A stretch of 64,000 bases of DNA from Candidatus Nomurabacteria bacterium. Lineage in GTDB: Bacteria; Patescibacteriota; Minisyncoccia; Phycocordibacterales; UBA918. Under the pieces are notes generated by a model. That model saw only the letters and a program-made list of their open reading frames with translations, ran no database searches and was not told the DNA's origin. The position numbers and the translations under genes were made by a program. The stretch's first letter is position 1. Each line of letters opens with the position of its first letter. Location of the stretch: the NCBI GenBank assembly GCA_020632075.1, contig JACKGH010000001.1, forward strand, positions 537,778 to 601,777, read 5' to 3'. Positions 58,138 through 64,000 of this stretch are shown piece after piece.

Positions 58138-60513
58138 CTAGCTAAATGGTGAACTGTCTCGATCGGCTTGACGAAGCATGCGCTTGATCTCAGCTATATC
58201 AGCAGTCAACTGTCCTTTTACGTCTTCTGCGGGAGGCTCTTGCGACACCGGTGTAAATGCGGAAACTGGACGAGGAGCTGGCACTTGCATTTCTTGAGAT
58301 GCCGGAGCAACGTCGACAGACTGTGGCGCCGCAATATGCTGCGGCTCAACTGCTGCAGAAGCTGGTTGTGGTACACGATTACGATGCGCGAGCACAACTC
58401 GTCGCACCTCATCAGTAGACGGAGCTGGCATAACTACACTTTGTGGCGTCGGAGTGACTACAGGTGCAAGTACCTGTTGTGCAGGTGAGTTAGCTGGAAC
58501 ACCCTCATTGTTCACAGAAGGCTGTGGCGTTTGTTTTGAAACTGTCTCTATCTGAGGGGTGGGTTCTGTTTTTTGCGGAGAGGCTTCTTTAACCTTCTGC
58601 AACACGTCAGCCAAAGCACTCTTAAGATCATTTGTGTCAGACGACTCTTTTTTCTCTAGTCTTGGTCGATCATTCCTACTTCGTTCCTCTGGTTTACCGT
58701 CTCGCTTCTTTTTGTTCTTGTTACGAGATCGATCCCCTTTACCCTTCTGCTCTGACTGTCGATCTTCACGCTTCTGTCCATCAGTACGAGAACGGCGAAC
58801 ATCATTATTTTGATCACGTTCCGTGTGCTGAGAGGCAAGCGGTCTTTCTGATACTGGACGATCTAAAGTTTTCTTTTCAAACTGCTGCCCTGCTGACTCT
58901 GGAGCTGGCCTTGCCTTCTCAATCTCTACAGATACTTCTTTCGCTGGCTGTTCTGAGATCGACTCTGTACTTACCGACACAGAATTACTCTGCTTTTCAC
59001 CTCCCGAGTTCCCTCCGCTAGTCATTCCTGCCAAGATCTTCCGCAGGTCGTCGGGTGTCTTTTCTGGAACAGGCGGGCGATTGTTTGATTGCCGACGCTC
59101 AGGCCCACTATAGTTCCCTCGCGCATTATTATTGTTCCCACTACCACGGAACTGTCCGTTGCCATTGTCTGGCCGTTTGTTATTACCCGCCGAGTTTTTC
59201 TTCGGCGCTTCTACTCGATCTGGAGTACTCGACTCAACAACCTGTTTTTCTATCTCTTCCCTTCTACTCGCGAAATGTTTTCGACTTGCATCGATCACCA
59301 TGTCTCGACATGACACCGGCGGTAGTTGTACTGGAGGTAACGTCTTCGCGGAAAATGGCTGCGAACCGATACCATCGATCATGAGGGTAAGATAGATCTG
59401 GGCAAAGCCAAGATTTACCAGATCGTTCGCTTCAAAGCGTGGTGCAAAGACTGTCTCGAGTACCTCCGCATCAAACGGACCAACGCGAAACGCGATCGTG
59501 GTACCGACGTTACCAAACACCGCATCGCGCACCTCCTCTTCCATCTGCGCGATGTACTGATGCGCGATAATGAGGTTCAGGTGATACTTACGCGCCTCAG
59601 AGAGAATGTTCGCAAAAGTGGAGTTCGCAAAACTCTGAAACTCGTCCACGTAGAAGTAGAAGTTTGGCATCTGCTTCATCTGTTCAACCGGAAGATCTGC
59701 TCGACTCATAGCCGCAAGGTAGATTCGAGTAGTGAGCATCGAACCAAGCAGGTTTGCATTTGTCTCACCAATGAGCCCTTTTGAGAGGTTCATAATGAGA
59801 ATCTTCTTCTCATCCATCATCTTCCGAATATCAAAACTTGAATGTGGCTGACCAATGATGTTACGGATGAGTGGGTTGCCGGTAAACTGCCCGATCTTGT
59901 TCTGAATCGCTGGCAACGCTTCGGCAGCAAAGCGATCAGTATAGTTGGCAAACTCGTCTACCCAAAACGACTTAACTGCCGGGTCCTTACAATAATCAAC
60001 CACCTTCTCTCGATACGCCTTATCGGTGAACAGACGGTTCACCGATAAAAGCGTGGTGTCTGGATACTCGATCAACACCAAGAGGGCGTTGGTCAAAATG
60101 TACTCCATACGCGCTGACCAGGCGTCGACCCAGATCTTCTTGAAGGTCGACATGAGACCAGACACCACCAAGTGACGCTTGTCTGGACCAACATCTTCCA
60201 TGACATTGAATGAAACCGGATAGTCTAGGTCAAACGGCGCAAAGTAGACAACGTCTTTCACTCGATGTTCTGGTACATATCCGAGCAAAGTCTCCGCCGC
60301 AGATCCGTGCGGATCGATAAACGCCATGCCTTCGCCATTGAGAATATCCTGCGCTGCCATATTCTCAAGCAGTGTTGACTTTCCCATACCAGTCTTCCCT
60401 ACCACATACATGTGACGTTGACGGTCTCTGGCTTTAATACCAAAAGACACGTCTTGACCACGCGCATCAGTGCGCGCAAAAAACGTGATCTTTTCTGGAT
60501 CAAAGGTTGTCAT
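58138..60513 (-). CDS. VirD4/TraD/TraG-family coupling-protein-like P-loop ATPase (T4SS DNA-transfer domain) with ~350-aa disordered R/S/N/Q/P-rich C-terminal tail
   Basis: Walker A VVGKTGMGKST followed by FIDPHG (DPKG-like motif of TrwB/VirD4 family); Walker B YFYVDEFQSF. The last ~350 aa are low-complexity. Confidence 0.5.
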   Translation of the reverse strand: MTTFDPEKITFFARTDARGQDVSFGIKARDRQRHMYVVGKTGMGKSTLLENMAAQDILNGEGMAFIDPHGSAAETLLGYVPEHRVKDVVYFAPFDLDYPVSFNVMEDVGPDKRHLVVSGLMSTFKKIWVDAWSARMEYILTNALLVLIEYPDTTLLSVNRLFTDKAYREKVVDYCKDPAVKSFWVDEFANYTDRFAAEALPAIQNKIGQFTGNPLIRNIIGQPHSSFDIRKMMDEKKILIMNLSKGLIGETNANLLGSMLTTRIYLAAMSRADLPVEQMKQMPNFYFYVDEFQSFANSTFANILSEARKYHLNLIIAHQYIAQMEEEVRDAVFGNVGTTIAFRVGPFDAEVLETVFAPRFEANDLVNLGFAQIYLTLMIDGIGSQPFSAKTLPPVQLPPVSCRDMVIDASRKHFASRREEIEKQVVESSTPDRVEAPKKNSAGNNKRPDNGNGQFRGSGNNNNARGNYSGPERRQSNNRPPVPEKTPDDLRKILAGMTSGGNSGGEKQSNSVSVSTESISEQPAKEVSVEIEKARPAPESAGQQFEKKTLDRPVSERPLASQHTERDQNNDVRRSRTDGQKREDRQSEQKGKGDRSRNKNKKKRDGKPEERSRNDRPRLEKKESSDTNDLKSALADVLQKVKEASPQKTEPTPQIETVSKQTPQPSVNNEGVPANSPAQQVLAPVVTPTPQSVVMPAPSTDEVRRVVLAHRNRVPQPASAAVEPQHIAAPQSVDVAPASQEMQVPAPRPVSAFTPVSQEPPAEDVKGQLTADIAEIKRMLRQADRDSSPFS

Positions 60514-60531
60514 TTCCCAATTAGTATACCA

Positions 60532-62037
60532 CTAGCGATCAAAGCGATATCGCACCTGTGCCAAGAGGGCTTCGATGTCTTCAGTCCGTCCATCAGACCC
60601 GAGTATGATCACAACCAGCGTGCGTTCTTCACCTTGGAACTTGATCTTGTGGAGCGAGATAGATGTCTGTCCGGCTGCTAAGGTCTCACCTACCTTCCCA
60701 CCAATAAAGCTGTCCATATCCTTGACCTCATTGAAGTTCACCAGGCCAGCAAACTCACCACCAACATACGCACTAGGCAACTTCTTCTTAGCCGTGATCT
60801 CAAAGATAAAGTTGCGCTCTTTTGCAATATACTGAGTGAGTCGATAGAGGTCGCCAACCGAAGAAATGTTTTCAGCACTGAGTCCCGATGGATCAGCAAA
60901 ACGCGTATGCATCATGCCGAGCTGGCGTGCCTTTGCATTCATAGCTTCAATGAACTTGTCGCGACCAAGCTCACCAGCAATGGTCTCTGCTGCTTCATTT
61001 GAAGACTCGACCAACAGTAGCTGCATCAAGCTGTACATAGAAACAGTACTTCGTTCAGCCAGTCGTGGGATCAGTGAGGTAACGAAAGTTGGTGACGTCA
61101 CACGCACACGACTATCGAGATCGATATTCTCTGCCGCGACGACTGCAGTCATGAGCTTAGTAAGTGAAGCGATCGGAGCTTCAGCGTCGAGATCTGACGC
61201 TGCCAGGATCGTGTTGTTATCAAGGTCGGCGACAAAGTAATGTGGGATATCAACTTCCGGCATCTGTGGTGCGTATACAAAATCATCAACCTCTTCAGCT
61301 TCCACCGCATGCACCAAGACGGGCGTGCCGATCTGTGCATTCTTGTAGAGCATCTCAGCAGACTGGTCACTCAACCGAATTCCCCCTACTGTCGTATCAT
61401 CATCGACCAAAACCCCATCAGGATAGCTTGGCCAACCATGGATCATAAAGTTGCCTTGGAAGGTCAGCTGCCACGGCAGATTCACTTGGCCAATATTACT
61501 GAAGACGGATTCCTCTTTCTTCTCTACCTTGTAGAGACCAGAAGGTGTATTCCACCATGAGTCACCGTCACCCACTTTAAATATCTCAGCACTCTGCAGC
61601 AAGATTCCTTTGCGGAAATACCGTACTTGTTCTTGCGTCATGTCCACCTCTATAAAGGTCATCTCTTCCTCAATGAACGCATCACGCGTATCAATAAAGA
61701 AACTGTTTGAGGCAAGTGCTACCTGTGGACCATACTCAAGATCGGTCACGCTCTTGGTATACGGATCTACGATCGTAACCGTTGGTGCGGCGGCAAGATT
61801 TGATTGCGCAACCAACCCATAGCCAGTCGTACCAAGCACCATAAATGCGATCGCTGCTACGATAGTGGTCACAACTTTTGGCAATAATCGACTAGGTTCA
61901 GACTGTGCGCTTGCTGGCAAGAAAGACATTTGCGGCGGTTTCTCTCCTTTGCGCGGAATCAACATACCGCGACCTTCTCGCGGTTTATCGTCTTCATATG
62001 AAAATAGTTGTACGGTCGGTCCAGATTTTTCTGACAT
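60532..62037 (-). CDS. Membrane-anchored fusion: L,D-transpeptidase (YkuD)-like domain with Cys->Gly at the catalytic position + D-alanyl-D-alanine carboxypeptidase (peptidase S11, PBP5-like)
   Basis: TM VVTTIVAAIAFMVLG. YkuD-like ...MIHGWPS...TVGGIRLS (expected HG...GCIR). S11 motifs ASLTK (SxxK), SSN (SxN) and a KVG/KTG-like motif. Confidence 0.65.
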   Translation of the reverse strand: MSEKSGPTVQLFSYEDDKPREGRGMLIPRKGEKPPQMSFLPASAQSEPSRLLPKVVTTIVAAIAFMVLGTTGYGLVAQSNLAAAPTVTIVDPYTKSVTDLEYGPQVALASNSFFIDTRDAFIEEEMTFIEVDMTQEQVRYFRKGILLQSAEIFKVGDGDSWWNTPSGLYKVEKKEESVFSNIGQVNLPWQLTFQGNFMIHGWPSYPDGVLVDDDTTVGGIRLSDQSAEMLYKNAQIGTPVLVHAVEAEEVDDFVYAPQMPEVDIPHYFVADLDNNTILAASDLDAEAPIASLTKLMTAVVAAENIDLDSRVRVTSPTFVTSLIPRLAERSTVSMYSLMQLLLVESSNEAAETIAGELGRDKFIEAMNAKARQLGMMHTRFADPSGLSAENISSVGDLYRLTQYIAKERNFIFEITAKKKLPSAYVGGEFAGLVNFNEVKDMDSFIGGKVGETLAAGQTSISLHKIKFQGEERTLVVIILGSDGRTEDIEALLAQVRYRFDR

Positions 62038-62085
62038 ACCACTATGATAGCGTACTCATCATGTCGATAATGCCAGTAGCTCACA

Positions 62086-62118
62086 GAAAAAGGCCCCTTC
62101 GTGGGACCTGTTATTTTT
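62086..62118 (-). terminator. Imperfect hairpin with flanking A/T runs downstream of ORF 62127..62354
   Basis: aaaaAGGCCCC ttcg TGGGACCT gttattttt (one mismatch in the stem). Confidence 0.35.
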
Positions 62119-62126
62119 CCAGTTGA

Positions 62127-62354
62127 TCAGGCTGGGGAATGCTGCAAGACACCCTCTTTGCCAATGACCACACCAGCAGCTTCCCGCGCACCAAGCACTC
62201 GTTCGATACGACGCGCGATCTGGTATGTGACACGATTCAAAGAACCTTCACGACCAAGCAGAGCCTGTAGACGGCGAAGCTGTTCATCTGAAACGGTTCT
62301 CAGGTCTTGATCGGGATAGATCCCACAGACCGGTCCCGGAGAAAAAGTACTCAT
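62127..62354 (-). CDS. Hypothetical small protein (75 aa)
   Basis: ORF in the minus-strand gap between two genes, followed by a hairpin with T-tract (62086-62118). No similarity recognised. Confidence 0.25.
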   Translation of the reverse strand: MSTFSPGPVCGIYPDQDLRTVSDEQLRRLQALLGREGSLNRVTYQIARRIERVLGAREAAGVVIGKEGVLQHSPA

Positions 62355-62412
62355 GCCTACCCTCCTATCTTGGTGTCGAGTAGATCTGTTTTATACAACA
62401 CAATTTCAATTT

Positions 62413-63780
62413 CTACAAGCCAAACGTGGCTGTACTGCTTGCTTCCATGAGTGCAGCACGCGTGTAGATATTGGATGGAGCCCAGATCATCCAACTACCT
62501 ACCCCAGCATCGTAACTTGCTTTGATCTGCGCGCGCACATCGGCAGCATCATAATCCCCACCATAATCAAAATCTTGAATCCAGGTACGGAACTTGTCAG
62601 CTGTATAGACCGGCTTCTGATAGAGACCAGTAAAGGTCACCGTACCACTGGCATTCGTACTCATGATCGGCTCGTGCAAGAACCCTTGCATTGGTGTCGT
62701 GCTCGACACCATCCGCTCAACACCGGTCTTCATCGCGTAATGCACGATCTGATACGGGTAGTCATTTGGATCAGCGTAGCCAAAGGCACCATCTGGGTAG
62801 TGCGACGGATATACCATCGGCGCAATGAAATCAAAGTACGGCGCGGCTCGATCTTGCACCTGTCCGATCGAAAGGTCGTCGTAATTGGTAGTCGTCATAC
62901 CGAAGAGATCAGCTGAAGTCCACGGCGTGCTCGATGCGCGACCAGTGTTTTCGTGTCGGTAGGTTGCGAATAATTCTTCGTTATCAAGCTGCTCATTGAG
63001 GTACTTAAAGAACGCCTCAAGGTTGGCCTGCTTGTCTTTTCCATAGGGTGATGCTTCAGCCTGTGGAAATGAAATATCAAGCATCGGTCCGTCTGATGGA
63101 TACCGCACATAATCAAAATTAAGTTCATCGTATCCAATGTTGTATGAGTCGACGGCAAGCACAACAAGATGATCCCAGTATGCTTTAGCTCCCACATCGA
63201 TAAACGACAGACCTTTGTAGTCCTTCCAAACTGTCTCGCGGTCCGCTCGCTTCACCGCAAGCTCCGGGTGTGCTGCGGTGTAGAACGGATCCTGAAAGAC
63301 CGTAATACGGCCGATCACGTATATACCATTATCGTGAAGCATCTCGATGAACTCACGTGCATCTCGCGCACCACAACGTGACCCTTGCCAAGCTGACTGC
63401 CACTCTGGTTGTTCGGGCGGAAATGAGATCGTGCCAGAAAAATCTTTAATGTCGATCACGATCGAGTTGACCTCAGTCGCTCTCGCCAACTCGACCAATT
63501 TAGTTCTAAAAGAAGGAGTACCGATGACACATGAGGTCATGTAGATGGCTTTAACCTGCTCTGGCAATGACACGTGTTTAACCACTGGTCGAGTATCGAT
63601 CGGTTCTGGTACCACAACCTCTTCTTCCAGCACAGTTTCAGACTCGAATGATTCACTCGGTTGACCAACCACACCAACAGCACCCAATGTTTCAACATCA
63701 AGAAAACTGAGTGGAATAAAACTCAGTGCAGCAAATAGAACCGCAAGTAAGATCAGAGGTGTGCCAAACTTATGATGCAT
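62413..63780 (-). CDS. Putative glycoside hydrolase-like TIM-barrel protein (DUF4015/GHL family), N-terminal TM/signal anchor
   Basis: MHHKFGTPLILLAVLFAALSF; ...AIYMTSCVIGTP...NSIVIDIKDFSG...GIYVIGRITVFQDP resembles GHL/DUF4015 family proteins. Confidence 0.45.
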   Translation of the reverse strand: MHHKFGTPLILLAVLFAALSFIPLSFLDVETLGAVGVVGQPSESFESETVLEEEVVVPEPIDTRPVVKHVSLPEQVKAIYMTSCVIGTPSFRTKLVELARATEVNSIVIDIKDFSGTISFPPEQPEWQSAWQGSRCGARDAREFIEMLHDNGIYVIGRITVFQDPFYTAAHPELAVKRADRETVWKDYKGLSFIDVGAKAYWDHLVVLAVDSYNIGYDELNFDYVRYPSDGPMLDISFPQAEASPYGKDKQANLEAFFKYLNEQLDNEELFATYRHENTGRASSTPWTSADLFGMTTTNYDDLSIGQVQDRAAPYFDFIAPMVYPSHYPDGAFGYADPNDYPYQIVHYAMKTGVERMVSSTTPMQGFLHEPIMSTNASGTVTFTGLYQKPVYTADKFRTWIQDFDYGGDYDAADVRAQIKASYDAGVGSWMIWAPSNIYTRAALMEASSTATFGL

Positions 63781-63783
63781 TCA

Positions 63784-64000
63784 CCTATTCTAGCGTACCT
63801 TTATCAAAAAGGGAGTCAGTTGTTTCGACAAATGAGTCAGTGCCTCGTTCCCCATTACCCTTCTCCAAGCGGCGGAGGAACACGGCCCGACGGAGTACGT
63901 AGCCCACAATAATAAGAAAAATACCGATCCCCAATACCGTATACTGACGCCACATGTGTGGAATACCTAAAAAAGGAATGATCGTCAGCAGAATTCCAGA
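63784..64000 (-). CDS. Partial (5'-truncated by window) membrane protein, C-terminal 72 aa
   Basis: Minus-strand translation ...ILLTIIPFLGIPHMWRQYTVLGIGIFLIIVGYVLRRAV... ending at TAG (63784-63786). Confidence 0.35.

Overview
Likely a small-genome bacterium, possibly Candidate Phyla Radiation/Patescibacteria-like (inference from gene content and compact layout; GC roughly 45-50% by eye). About 40 of 45 genes sit on the minus strand, separated by strong GC-rich hairpin terminators. Three blocks. (1) 240-18638: an apparent operon of two paralogous membrane-anchored excisionase/MerR-type HTH proteins followed, translationally coupled, by two giant secreted surface proteins. Protein A (2443 aa) carries two tandem right-handed beta-helix (pectate-lyase/tailspike-like) modules and an acidic Pro/Glu tail. 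Protein B (~3064 aa) is read as two ORFs because of a G8 homopolymer frameshift; it holds at least ~25 beta-propeller-blade-like 45-50-aa repeats, five of them near-identical 150-bp tandem DNA copies. (2) 18717-28163: housekeeping island (gatB, obg, a DUF360/holin-family-4 membrane protein, secA, a 74-aa Lys/Ala-rich histone-H1-like protein, murB, an O-antigen-ligase-like/TPR fusion). (3) 28278-56742: a ~28-kb surface-glycan cluster with 8 GT4 glycosyltransferases, an exostosin-like GT, 7 methyltransferases (2 FkbM, 4 class I, 1 sugar C-methyltransferase), gmd, an FdtA-like cupin, an SDR, a Wzx-like flippase, a nucleotidyltransferase-cupin fusion, a CE4-like deacetylase, a HAD hydrolase, YvcK and a UXS-like epimerase fused to a GT-like domain. 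Then 56746-63780: an LTD-PKD membrane-anchored protein, a VirD4/TraD-like P-loop ATPase with a long disordered tail, an L,D-transpeptidase(Cys->Gly)-DacA fusion and a DUF4015-like putative glycoside hydrolase. No rRNA, tRNA, CRISPR, integrase or transposase was seen. All assignments rest on motif recognition by eye; no database search was run.
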